From a virus, in IMG/VR virus record IMGVR_UViG_3300038673_000745, positions 11,367-75,366 of that record: a stretch of DNA of 64,000 nt; one strand, 5' to 3'. The translations under genes and the position numbers were made by a program. The notes beneath the pieces were generated by a model. It had not been told where the DNA came from. It saw nothing but the letters and a program-made list of their open reading frames with translations, and did not search any database. Below are positions 18,714-28,099 of this stretch, in pieces (position 1 is the stretch's first letter; each line of letters opens with the position of its first letter).

Positions 18714-18961
18714 GTGATTATGAAATTAGAATATTAAATGCAGAAGAAAAACACAATGAACTCATAAAGCAGGGCTGTAATTTTTGCGGTTGCAAATGCC
18801 CAAATTATACTAGGGTTTCGTATGGTGATTCATGCAAACATCCAATTTATAGAATTCGCATGGAATTAGGAAATAAACTCTGGGATGAAGGTGAAATGCT
18901 CATGGACGAAATTGATAATCTAATCACTGAGAAAATTCCATGTGATCGGGCAATCAAATGA
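18710..18961 (+). CDS. small Cys-rich protein
   Basis: CNFCGCKCPNY...SCKHP; GGGGTGA RBS. Confidence 0.5.
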   Translation: MSDYEIRILNAEEKHNELIKQGCNFCGCKCPNYTRVSYGDSCKHPIYRIRMELGNKLWDEGEMLMDEIDNLITEKIPCDRAIK

Positions 18962-19148
18962 TTGCTAAATATTTTTTAAATGGAACATTTTGGTTTGAAG
19001 AGGAGTATATCTTTAGACGAAAATGGGGAGATGGACAATCCTTTGTTCGAGAGTCCATTACGTATTTTGTAAACAATAGTGAAATTATAGATGGAATTTA
19101 TTATGTGTATTGCATTAAGTAAGACATAGATTTGGAGTAATTGTACAA

Positions 19149-19331
19149 ATGGTAAATAAATTTAGAAACTTGGTAGGAAATATATTCTTGATACTTACAG
19201 CGACCCCATTGTTAATCATACTTGTGATATTTGAACTGGCAATCAGATTTCTTGAATTGATATCTAGTTTTGGTGATGCTGTATTAGAAATTTTAGGTAA
19301 TTGGACTTTCAAAATTAAAGGATTAAAATAA
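19149..19331 (+). CDS. small hydrophobic protein
   Basis: IFLILTATPLLIILVIFELAI segment. Confidence 0.4.
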   Translation: MVNKFRNLVGNIFLILTATPLLIILVIFELAIRFLELISSFGDAVLEILGNWTFKIKGLK

Positions 19332-19762
19332 TGGGACACTTTGAACGCGGGCGATGGGTAAATTCTGTTTTTGAGAAATACACCATAAATAGTTTCAAAA
19401 AAATAGAACCCCCACGAAAGTATAGATCGATTGTAATACAATGTGGATTTTCTGAATATGTTATTCAGGAATCTCCTTATATCTATGATAAGTCTGGGAT
19501 AATGATACAAAGTAATCCAAATCATACATTGATTGTGGTTCCATTACCGGGATTTAAAACAGGAGTATATATCGATTATTTTGAAGAGATGAAATCATTC
19601 TATGAAACATCCATTAAACAAGTTATGTTACATCAGAAAGAGTTGTTGAATATGCCAATTAAACAGATTCAAAATCCGTGGGAGATCCCGGCAGATCCAA
19701 TAAATGCAATCAAAGAAGCAATGAGATCATTGAACTCATCGGAAATTCAGGATAATTGGTGA
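19331..19762 (+). CDS. hypothetical protein
   Basis: 143-aa ORF starting MGHFERGRW. Confidence 0.55.
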   Translation: MGHFERGRWVNSVFEKYTINSFKKIEPPRKYRSIVIQCGFSEYVIQESPYIYDKSGIMIQSNPNHTLIVVPLPGFKTGVYIDYFEEMKSFYETSIKQVMLHQKELLNMPIKQIQNPWEIPADPINAIKEAMRSLNSSEIQDNW

Positions 19763-19769
19763 TGGAGAT

Positions 19770-20081
19770 ATGATATTAATTGATTATGTAAAAGTTTTGA
19801 ATGATATTAGGGCTAAACAACGGACTCAAGACAAAATAGATGCGATGTTTAAAGCTGTGGAATTAGCAGCACGCGAACAGCAGGATATAAAAAATAAAAA
19901 TGGATGGTATAAATTAACGCCTCATAAATGCCCCTACTGCAATTCAATACTAATTAAACGATTTGGACCCGGTGTAGTTATACAATTGAACTGGAGTAAA
20001 GACATCAAAGGATATTGCACTCATTGTAATAAAGCAATATTAGTGAATGGAGAATCAAAACCGTGGAATGCAGAGGTATAA
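19770..20081 (+). CDS. zinc-ribbon protein
   Basis: CPYC...CTHC. Confidence 0.55.
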   Translation: MILIDYVKVLNDIRAKQRTQDKIDAMFKAVELAAREQQDIKNKNGWYKLTPHKCPYCNSILIKRFGPGVVIQLNWSKDIKGYCTHCNKAILVNGESKPWNAEV

Positions 20082-20116
20082 TTGAACCATTAAGCGATAC
20101 TTGAGAGTTGGTAAAA

Positions 20117-20413
20117 ATGAGAAGAGATATAAATCTTATCCGGGAAGTATTGAAATCATATAATGCTAGGATAACAATTCCCCTAGAATATGATATGGAA
20201 ACGGTTCAATATCATATTGATTTATGTAAAGATGCAGGATTTATTTTAGAAGATAATCTCACAGAGTCCGGAATATCTTTCCTGAATACTTTTGAAGATG
20301 ATGATATCTGGAATGAAACATTAGTAAATATGCAAAAAAATGGATTTGATGGGTTGCCTGTTGAAGTTTTAGAGAAGTTATATAAGAAAATTGAACTATT
20401 AAGCAATCCTTAA
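20117..20413 (+). CDS. DUF2513-like protein
   Basis: MRRDINLIREVL...YHIDLCKDAGFI...LTESGISFL...DDDIWNET. Confidence 0.7.
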   Translation: MRRDINLIREVLKSYNARITIPLEYDMETVQYHIDLCKDAGFILEDNLTESGISFLNTFEDDDIWNETLVNMQKNGFDGLPVEVLEKLYKKIELLSNP

Positions 20414-20498
20414 CACTTCACCCAGTAAGACATTTCCCTTTTATTTATTATCATTCATCTCTATATCTCATGCGATATATCCTAATCCGGAGGTGTCC

Positions 20499-21008
20499 AT
20501 GAGCCTGTCGGATCCCGAATCACTTTTTGAGCTCATGGACCGATTAACCGAAAATTCAGTCGCAATTACTCAGGTGACTGCAGCCCTTTCTGAACTTAAC
20601 TCTCGATTGAATGTGACAAACCAGAATCTAGAGAAATTTACAGAAGAAATCCGGAAAACTCTTGCTGATCATGAGGTCCGGATAGTTGACGTGGAACACA
20701 ACTGCCGGAAAGAGCCAAATTGGGATCGGGTATGGTCTAGATTAGATGCTCTTGAACAAGCAGAGATGAAACGGCTAGGAGCAAAACAGTTTGAAATTCA
20801 ACGGATAGATCAGATTGAAACCCGATTGGATAGAGGAGCGGAACAGATTCAAAATCTTAATTCTCAATTGAAATCGCATTTGGATGTCTCCCAGAAAACA
20901 GATGAGATAGAAGGAGAGACCGGAGATCATAACCGGGAATATATCCTGGTGGTTATTAGTGCTGCAATTGCGTCTGTGTCTGCGTATATTCTGGCAAAAG
21001 TTACATGA
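20499..21008 (+). CDS. coiled-coil protein with C-terminal TM anchor
   Basis: Heptad-rich body, C-terminal YILVVISAAIASVSAYILA; GGAGGTG RBS. Confidence 0.65.
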   Translation: MSLSDPESLFELMDRLTENSVAITQVTAALSELNSRLNVTNQNLEKFTEEIRKTLADHEVRIVDVEHNCRKEPNWDRVWSRLDALEQAEMKRLGAKQFEIQRIDQIETRLDRGAEQIQNLNSQLKSHLDVSQKTDEIEGETGDHNREYILVVISAAIASVSAYILAKVT

Positions 21009-21033
21009 TTCCAAATTCATGTGGTGATAGTGT

Positions 21034-21273
21034 ATGGTTCAAAAATATTGTATGAATGAATGGATAGAGCGTAACTGTAGATTCTGTACACACCCTCATT
21101 GTGATCTCTGGGTATTTGCTGCTCCAAAACTGAACTCAAAGAGAATGGTAGAAGCTACATCTGGTGATTGTTCATATGATAATATTACTATAGTTTCTTT
21201 CACTATCTTTGAACCGGATGATATTGAAAAGTGTTTCAAAGATGACATCCAGCCATTTGTCATCGATGATTAA
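21034..21273 (+). CDS. hypothetical Cys-containing protein
   Basis: CRFCTHPHC. Confidence 0.45.
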   Translation: MVQKYCMNEWIERNCRFCTHPHCDLWVFAAPKLNSKRMVEATSGDCSYDNITIVSFTIFEPDDIEKCFKDDIQPFVIDD

Positions 21274-21328
21274 ACTCTTTTTTTAATAGCCGTTTAAGCA
21301 TGTCGGTACACTAATAGGTACGCGGTAC

Positions 21329-21802
21329 ATGGCAAGGCCGAAAAATATAATCTTGGTTCTAGAATTGGAGCGAGATGCGCATAGATTACGGAACAAAGGT
21401 TTGTCGATACGGAAGATAGCCGAAGCACTCACACAGAAAGTTGGTACGAAGATTAATCCTCAGTCGGTCCAGCGTTATTTTGACTCATTCAAAGAGAAAC
21501 CTGAAGTTAAGGAGATCGAGGTACAGGTCCCAACACCTGAAGCTCAAGTCGCACTTGAAATCATCCAGGAACGGGTTACAACTCTCAAAGAAGTGGATGA
21601 GAAGATCCAGAAACTTGATCGGGTGGTAGAATTCGCTGAGAAGGCCGGAGACCACCACTTACTCATCAAAGCTGCAAAAGAACAGGTCAGATACTATGAT
21701 CTGAAAGCAAAACTCACCGGTGACATAGGACCGAACCGGGCAGCATCCGCACCGCAGAACAATATTATGATCTATATACCGGACAATGGCAGAGACAAAT
21801 GA
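21329..21802 (+). CDS. terS: terminase small subunit
   Basis: N-terminal HTH (GLSIRKIAEAL...INPQSVQRY), helical middle, C-terminal NIMIYIPDNGR; overlaps terL. Confidence 0.75.
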   Translation: MARPKNIILVLELERDAHRLRNKGLSIRKIAEALTQKVGTKINPQSVQRYFDSFKEKPEVKEIEVQVPTPEAQVALEIIQERVTTLKEVDEKIQKLDRVVEFAEKAGDHHLLIKAAKEQVRYYDLKAKLTGDIGPNRAASAPQNNIMIYIPDNGRDK

Positions 21803-23216
21803 AGAGATGAGACCTCAGCAGGGTCCACAAGAATTATTCTTAACTACTCCGGCAGATATCGCTATCTATGGAGGATCTGCAGGCTCCGGGAAATCATTTG
21901 CTATCCTCATGGAACCGCTCAGACATATTTTATCCGTAAAAGGGTATGGAGCGGTTATCTTCCGGCGGAACACAACACAGGTCAGAAACGAAGGAGGGTT
22001 ATGGGATACATCAAATGAGATCTATCCACATGTGGGAGCATTTCCCCGAGAAACTACCCTGGAATGGATCTTTCCTCCCTATGCGAATAAAGTTAAGTTT
22101 GCACATCTTGAATATGACAAAACTGTCAATGACTGGCAGGGTTCACAAATAGCCTTTATCGGATTTGACGAACTGACGCATTTTTCGGCAAAACAATTTT
22201 TTTACATGCTTTCTCGTAATCGGTCTGTATGTGGTGTGAAACCATATGTAAGAGCTACTACAAACCCGGACGCTGAATCATGGGTTGCAGAGTTTATTTC
22301 ATGGTGGATTGACCAGGATACAGGCTATCCTATCCCTGAACGAGCAGGAAAGATCCGATGGATGGCCCGTTACAACAATCAGATATTCTGGGATGATACT
22401 CCAGATCTACTCTTTAAACAGGTTCACCTGTTTGTAAAACGTGAACATTTCAGACCAAAATCGGTCACGTTCATCCCGGCAAAACTTGAGGATAACCCAA
22501 TACTCGAATCCAAAAACCCGGATTATCGAGCAAACCTTCTTGCATTAAATCTCGTGGACCGAGAACGATTGTTAGGCGGAAACTGGAAGATTAAACCAAC
22601 ATCCGGAACCATGTTCAAGCGGTCATGGTTTGAGATTGTTGATACCTATCCGACAGAATGTAATATGGTCCGAGCCTGGGATAAGGCCGCAACAGAAGGA
22701 GGAGGAGATTGGACCTGCGGAGTAAAGATAGGAGTGTATCATGGACTAACCTATATCATAGACCTGAAACGTCAACAGGGAAGCCCGTTACAGAATGAGA
22801 ACTTGATAAAACAAACCGCTGATATTGATGGAAGAAATGTTAGGATATTCATGGAACAGGAACCTGGGAGCTCAGGCGTCGATGTTATCGACCATTATTC
22901 CCGCGAAGTTCTCCGGGGCTATACCTTCAAAGGTCATAGGTCAACCGGGAGCAAGGTGGACCGGGCAAAACCGGTATCCGCTCATGTTGAAGCGGGAAAC
23001 GTAAAGATGGTAAAAGGCCACTGGAATGAAGTCATGTTAGATGAACTGGAACGGTTTCCATCCGAAGACCCAAAAGCACATGATGATATTGTTGACGCGT
23101 TAAGTTTGGCTTTTAACCGGTCAACAAGTGTGGCAGAACCCGGTGTTGTATCCCGGACGATATTGAAAAATAAATATTCTGAAGGAATGGGAAACTGGAA
23201 CAAATATAGAGGTTAG
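21786..23216 (+). CDS. terL: terminase large subunit
   Basis: Adenine-binding PQQGPQE, Walker A GGSAGSGKS, Walker B IGFDELT, RATTNP, nuclease RAWD and HDDIVDA. Confidence 0.95.
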   Translation: MAETNEEMRPQQGPQELFLTTPADIAIYGGSAGSGKSFAILMEPLRHILSVKGYGAVIFRRNTTQVRNEGGLWDTSNEIYPHVGAFPRETTLEWIFPPYANKVKFAHLEYDKTVNDWQGSQIAFIGFDELTHFSAKQFFYMLSRNRSVCGVKPYVRATTNPDAESWVAEFISWWIDQDTGYPIPERAGKIRWMARYNNQIFWDDTPDLLFKQVHLFVKREHFRPKSVTFIPAKLEDNPILESKNPDYRANLLALNLVDRERLLGGNWKIKPTSGTMFKRSWFEIVDTYPTECNMVRAWDKAATEGGGDWTCGVKIGVYHGLTYIIDLKRQQGSPLQNENLIKQTADIDGRNVRIFMEQEPGSSGVDVIDHYSREVLRGYTFKGHRSTGSKVDRAKPVSAHVEAGNVKMVKGHWNEVMLDELERFPSEDPKAHDDIVDALSLAFNRSTSVAEPGVVSRTILKNKYSEGMGNWNKYRG

Positions 23217-23219
23217 AAA

Positions 23220-23597
23220 ATGGTAAAAGAAATCTTTGAGAGAGGTAAATTTGTAGGCTATCAATGTGATGCATGTGGGAAATGCTGCAATGCCATAATG
23301 TTTAACGTAAAATGGTTTAAACAACACCGGAAGTATGCAGTAAGAGACATTGTCGGAGTGCATCAAGAACATGGGGTAATAATCCCGTTTACGGAATCGG
23401 GTAAATGCTGTTTCTTAACTGAAGATAACAGATGTGTGGTACATGATACAAAAGACGATGTGTGTAAAGATTTCTTTTGCAACGGGCACGTATCCAAACC
23501 ATTTGCAATGAATTCATGGACAAATATTCACTTTAGATCACCAAATGGGAAATTGTATGCATTGAAATACTTTCTTTACACAAAAGAAGAAGATTAA
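23220..23597 (+). CDS. YkgJ-like cysteine-cluster (Fe-S/Zn) protein
   Basis: CDACGKCC...CCFLTEDNRCVVHDTK..VCKDFFC. Confidence 0.75.
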   Translation: MVKEIFERGKFVGYQCDACGKCCNAIMFNVKWFKQHRKYAVRDIVGVHQEHGVIIPFTESGKCCFLTEDNRCVVHDTKDDVCKDFFCNGHVSKPFAMNSWTNIHFRSPNGKLYALKYFLYTKEED

Positions 23598-24049
23598 ATC
23601 GGTGTTCCTCTCTTTCCTGCAAGTGTTACTGAAGTAGGTGTTAACTCAACTACTCCGGCAATAAAATACCCCTGTTCCCATACCCTCCCCGGTCCTACAA
23701 TCATATTCTCTTCTTTCTTCTCTTCCATCTTCATAATCAAAAACACCGGTCCAAATGCATCCAGGGTACTCAGTCGTTCGTATCGCATCACCGGAATTGA
23801 ACTGAATACCAGTTTTATCATGGTGTATCCACTTTTTTGAGGATTGAACCCGATTCCTACCAGTTCAGGAGACAAAATCAGTTCTCGTTCCAACCCGCCA
23901 CGATACACGAATAATGCTCCTGCTCTCAGAGTATGACGAACCGGGACCGGTCCACTCATATCTGCATCAATCCATTTAGCTTTATCGAGGTTGATGTGTC
24001 CGGAATCTTCAGCGGTTTTGGTGAGGATGTTATGGACGATATTAGGCAT
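23594..24049 (-). CDS. hypothetical protein on the antisense strand
   Basis: 151-aa ORF with its own copy of the promoter motif (TTCCAGTTTAT, minus strand) 29 nt upstream. Confidence 0.7.
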   Translation of the reverse strand: MPNIVHNILTKTAEDSGHINLDKAKWIDADMSGPVPVRHTLRAGALFVYRGGLERELILSPELVGIGFNPQKSGYTMIKLVFSSIPVMRYERLSTLDAFGPVFLIMKMEEKKEENMIVGPGRVWEQGYFIAGVVELTPTSVTLAGKRGTPI

Positions 24050-24070
24050 ATTAGATGATTAACGGGAGAA

Positions 24071-24120
24071 ATGATAAACTGGAATTCATACACTTTCCAG
24101 TGTGATATTTCCCGTTTATC
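24071..24120. promoter_or_regulatory. back-to-back divergent copies of the promoter motif
   Basis: Minus-strand TTCCAGTTTAT serves ATG 24049 (29 nt); plus-strand TTTCCCGTTTAT serves ATG 24145 (30 nt). Confidence 0.75.
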
Positions 24121-24144
24121 TTTTCTTATAGTCTTTTTCTGTAT

Positions 24145-26166
24145 ATGTCTCATTATCTCATGCTTCTTCGTCTCAGGGATATATCAGCCCACAATTCGCT
24201 TGGAATAATCAGAAAAGGCAAGAAATACATTAAACCGGGTCAGAAGGCACCAAAAGGCGTTCAGTTACACAAAGGACCGAAAGGCGGGACATATTACATT
24301 ATCGAAGACAAACACACGAAATTTGCTGGAAAACATCATGAGCTGGTCCGGAGTAAGGGTGTGACTAAAGATCAATGGGATGAAATCCGGCAGAAATTAA
24401 TGAGTGAAGGAGCGGAATCAGTAGAATTCTTACCTCAGCCGGAATACGGTGGAATCAAAGGGAAGAGATTATACAATATCTATGTTCGACGTGGGGATAC
24501 TGACGAAAAAGTAAATGCCAAACTGAAAGCGAATAAGGACCGGTATGCTGCACGAAAGGCACCAATAGAGAAGATACAAAATACAATTGGTCAGAAGACC
24601 GAAGATGTTTCAGAGATTAAACCGGAAGAAATGAAGATATCGAAAGAGAAGATATCGTATGAAAAAGAGTTAAAAGATGGGTATGGAAAGATTGTTTCTC
24701 AAATGATTTCAACAACTGGAGAAGACCTGTTCAAAAAAATCGTAACTCCATCAGGAAAGTCGTTTTTAAAGCCGAATGATTCTACTATATGGATGAATGT
24801 ATGGGTCCAGCCGAACGGAAAGAAAATGTCTGTATGGGAAGGCGTTACTCCTGAAATTGCACATGAAAGGGTGAGTAATGCTATTACTACAATGAAGAAG
24901 GTTGAGAAGAAAGGAACATCATCGGTTGAAGAACATCGGGACCGGATTGTAAAACTTGCTTCTATGGGAAGATTGGCGGCGATCAGTAAAAATTCGCAGG
25001 CATATCTCGATACACATGGGATTCAATCTCCGTCTGATATTTCAGTAATAAAGACTGAAAACTATCCTGTTGAAGTTTTTTCGTATGATGAACTTCCAAA
25101 ATGGAAACAGAATGAGGATGGATCATGGGAAGTTCCAATCGTTCAGCAGATGAAAGTTTTGAAAACACGTGCTGGAAAGTATGATGGTCCCTTTGATGTT
25201 CATCGTCCGGATTATGTGTATACATCAGGAAAATTAGGATCATATGTTGTCAGAAACTCCGGAAGGAAAACCCAGACATTATATCACAAATCTCCTGAAG
25301 GTGTAGAAACTCCGATGGATACCCATATGAGAGGAAATGACCGGAACTTTTACGAGTATTATGGTTCTCGGTCAACGAATCAGGAAGAGATTGATACCTA
25401 TACGAAGAACTATGCAGAGAAGCAGACGGCAAAAGAGATGCGGAAACAGGCCGCAGCAAAAACGAGAGCACCACGAAAAGTAAAGGATAAGTCGCATCTG
25501 ACATTGTTTAAAACTGTTCCGGAAGGGATACGATACATAAAAGAGAACTGTAAAACTCCAGTGAATGATATTGAAGGGATGTCAATTAACGGGATTCATA
25601 TGTTAGCAGCATGGCTTACAAAAGTAGAATCTGAATTAGGAGGACCGTTACCCCTAGCAGAGATAACCCCTGGGCAGGTGACGAATAAAAGAGCTCTTGC
25701 ACAATACAGTTCTCGGACAAATAAGATCAATCTCCGGAAAGGTGATAAGTTCTGGCAGAATGATGACATCATGATCAAAGCAAATGAATTGTCTGCATCA
25801 CGAAACGCTGATGGAGTTCCATGGTCTCCATGTCCTACAGCAACCGGTACGCTCTGGCATGAATTGGGTCATTGTATAGATGATAAAATAACGAACCGGG
25901 AATTAACTAAAAAAACTGACACGTGGTTTAATAATGCTTCATCTGAAGAGAAAACAAAAGCATATAAATTGTCTCAATATTCTCAACATACAAATTATTT
26001 GTCTTTCAGCGGGGCACATGGGGAATATGTTGCAGAAGCTATATGTGCAATTATGACAAGATCCGAACGTGTAAAGCACATTCCGAAACCGATTCATGAT
26101 CATATTATCGCATCTCTTGCAACCATGAATCTACATCCTGAAAATTTCTCAATCGGAGGATTATAA
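24145..26166 (+). CDS. leader-bearing putative capsid cargo (type A) with C-terminal HExxH zinc metallopeptidase
   Basis: Leader IIRK|G; TLWHELGHCID...LSQYS...EYVAEA. Confidence 0.78.
   Translation: MSHYLMLLRLRDISAHNSLGIIRKGKKYIKPGQKAPKGVQLHKGPKGGTYYIIEDKHTKFAGKHHELVRSKGVTKDQWDEIRQKLMSEGAESVEFLPQPEYGGIKGKRLYNIYVRRGDTDEKVNAKLKANKDRYAARKAPIEKIQNTIGQKTEDVSEIKPEEMKISKEKISYEKELKDGYGKIVSQMISTTGEDLFKKIVTPSGKSFLKPNDSTIWMNVWVQPNGKKMSVWEGVTPEIAHERVSNAITTMKKVEKKGTSSVEEHRDRIVKLASMGRLAAISKNSQAYLDTHGIQSPSDISVIKTENYPVEVFSYDELPKWKQNEDGSWEVPIVQQMKVLKTRAGKYDGPFDVHRPDYVYTSGKLGSYVVRNSGRKTQTLYHKSPEGVETPMDTHMRGNDRNFYEYYGSRSTNQEEIDTYTKNYAEKQTAKEMRKQAAAKTRAPRKVKDKSHLTLFKTVPEGIRYIKENCKTPVNDIEGMSINGIHMLAAWLTKVESELGGPLPLAEITPGQVTNKRALAQYSSRTNKINLRKGDKFWQNDDIMIKANELSASRNADGVPWSPCPTATGTLWHELGHCIDDKITNRELTKKTDTWFNNASSEEKTKAYKLSQYSQHTNYLSFSGAHGEYVAEAICAIMTRSERVKHIPKPIHDHIIASLATMNLHPENFSIGGL
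24166..24425 (+). repeat. 260-bp perfect direct repeat, copy 2
   Basis: Identical to 5644..5903. Confidence 0.92.
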
Positions 26167-26167
26167 T

Positions 26168-26338
26168 ATGACTACACTAAGACCTCCAATATGTTTTGAA
26201 TGTAAATTTCTTCATGGAGATCGTTCCTGTGAAGCGTTCCCTGATGGTATTCCTGATGATATATGGTGGGGAGAGAACGAACATCGAACTGAATATCCCG
26301 GCGATAATGGGTTCAGGTTCTCACCTATCGAGGAATAA
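26168..26338 (+). CDS. small CxxC...C.AFP.GIP partner protein (56 aa, not in ORF track)
   Basis: ICFECKFLHGDRSCEAFPDGIPDDIWWGENEHRTEYPGDNG; paralog of 32806..33108. Confidence 0.8.
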   Translation: MTTLRPPICFECKFLHGDRSCEAFPDGIPDDIWWGENEHRTEYPGDNGFRFSPIEE

Positions 26339-26384
26339 CCTCATCTTATTTCCTGTTTAAGTATTTCAGTCTCAATTTCTCTGT

Positions 26385-27821
26385 ATGAATTATTATCTCA
26401 CGCTTCTTAAGTTGCGTGAAATCTCGTCTATATCTCCTGGGATAATTCAAAAGGCTCGGATATATATCCAAAGAGGAGAACAACCACCAAAAGGAGTGAC
26501 AATCAAAAGAGGTAAGCGTGGTGGTATGTATTATGAAACCGATTCTCATAAGATATCTGGTCCTGCAGATTCAGTATCACAAGAAACTTCGACCAAAAAA
26601 CGCATTATCCATGATCCGGATACAAAAATAAAGCATAAGATTGTTGAAACTGATTTGAAAGAAAATGCAATAAATCACCAGGGAAAAGAGTATCTTGACC
26701 ATAAACTGAAGGTAGGAGATATGGAGGTTGTTGTAAATCATAAAATATACGACGAAGAATCTCCGGTTGAATATCGTATGCTAGTTAAGGATAAATCAGG
26801 GAGTCAGATCACATTAAAACATAACGATTTTGGCAAGTTCATCCGAATGAAAACGATTGCTACATTTCAGAAGGAAGAGGCGATTAAGAAACAGTTCGAA
26901 GATGAGAGTCGGCGTTTAAACGAAGAGCAGGAGAATAATCCAGTATTGCAAGAGATGTTTACAAAACGAAACCGGATGATGAGGGGTATCGGTCCCTACC
27001 GGAGAGAAGTTGAATCTCTTCCGGAAGGGAGTGAAGAACGAGCCAAAGGAGAGGCACGATTAAATGAGTTACAGGAACAGTTGTGGAAATATAATGAGGA
27101 GATTGATAATCATCCGGAAAAGAAGGCATGGGACCGGAAAGAAAAGAACCATTATTATAAATTCAATGTTTTCTTAAATGAGTCATCCAACCGTATACGT
27201 GATTCTATTTTTGAGTATCTTCCAACGGATTCACGGGCAGATCTTACCATCGTACAAGATAACAGTAACCGGAAGATGAAAGGATATCCAAACGAATGTT
27301 CTCCTGAAGATCAGGACCGGATAACAAAACTGGTATCCCAATATCTCCCGTCATCAAATATTGTAAAACGCGATGGATGCACATTAGGGATCCATATTGA
27401 TGTAAATAAAAAATCCAGGAGTTGCTGTTCTGAAGATGTGATTTTTCTTCACGGTTGGGATAATACAAGGGAACATGTAATTATTCATGAATTTGGTCAT
27501 GCACTAGAACACCAGGTAGATGTGATTAAATATAATTCAAGTCAGTTTTTCAGATACCGGACAAAAGACGAGGAGTTAAAACCGTTAAAATCTATAAGTG
27601 AAAACTATGATGATAATGAGTATTACCGGGCAGATGAGTTTTCAGATCCGTATTGTGGGAAAGATTACGGAAAATATGGGTATTCTGAACTGATATCTAT
27701 GGGTCTTCAGAAGTTACACGAAGATCCGGCAAAATTTGCTATGGAAGATGGAGAATACTTTGATATGATAATTTGCTGTTTATACGGTCAGGAGTGGCAC
27801 ATCGATGGCTATAATACTTGA
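26385..27821 (+). CDS. leader-bearing putative capsid cargo (type A) with C-terminal HExxH zinc metallopeptidase
   Basis: Leader IIQK|A then RIYIQRGEQPPKGV...GKRGGMYY; IIHEFGHALE...YCGKDY...SELISMG. Confidence 0.75.
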   Translation: MNYYLTLLKLREISSISPGIIQKARIYIQRGEQPPKGVTIKRGKRGGMYYETDSHKISGPADSVSQETSTKKRIIHDPDTKIKHKIVETDLKENAINHQGKEYLDHKLKVGDMEVVVNHKIYDEESPVEYRMLVKDKSGSQITLKHNDFGKFIRMKTIATFQKEEAIKKQFEDESRRLNEEQENNPVLQEMFTKRNRMMRGIGPYRREVESLPEGSEERAKGEARLNELQEQLWKYNEEIDNHPEKKAWDRKEKNHYYKFNVFLNESSNRIRDSIFEYLPTDSRADLTIVQDNSNRKMKGYPNECSPEDQDRITKLVSQYLPSSNIVKRDGCTLGIHIDVNKKSRSCCSEDVIFLHGWDNTREHVIIHEFGHALEHQVDVIKYNSSQFFRYRTKDEELKPLKSISENYDDNEYYRADEFSDPYCGKDYGKYGYSELISMGLQKLHEDPAKFAMEDGEYFDMIICCLYGQEWHIDGYNT

Positions 27822-28059
27822 TGCGGGGGAAACTTATCCGGCGATTGTTCTCTGCCAAGGAGACCCGATAGTCCAGTTATATCGGAAAAAAATAAAATAT
27901 CATGATAAAACATTCAAACCAGTGGTAAAAGATATTTTAGAGACCTATCATCCGGATACCTATCAATACTCTCCAAATCCAGATTATGAAGCGGCAAAAT
28001 ATGTCTGTGATAAATTGAACCTTCAAGGATTTGAATGCACGGTTAAATTTGTTCAATAA
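27805..28059 (+). CDS. small partner protein downstream of the metallopeptidase cargo
   Basis: 84-aa ORF overlapping the upstream stop, no own promoter motif. Confidence 0.6.
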   Translation: MAIILDAGETYPAIVLCQGDPIVQLYRKKIKYHDKTFKPVVKDILETYHPDTYQYSPNPDYEAAKYVCDKLNLQGFECTVKFVQ

Positions 28060-28099
28060 TATTTCCTGTTTATCTCTTTCTCTCACCCATCAGCGGGCA

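Noticed and set aside
28031-28099. Upstream starts for portal (28031), tape measure (45849), chaperone (45260) and the 9938 ORF
   Set aside because: They run through the promoter motif or an upstream small gene; downstream ATGs (28100, 45897, 45269, 10031) fit the fixed spacing or coupling.
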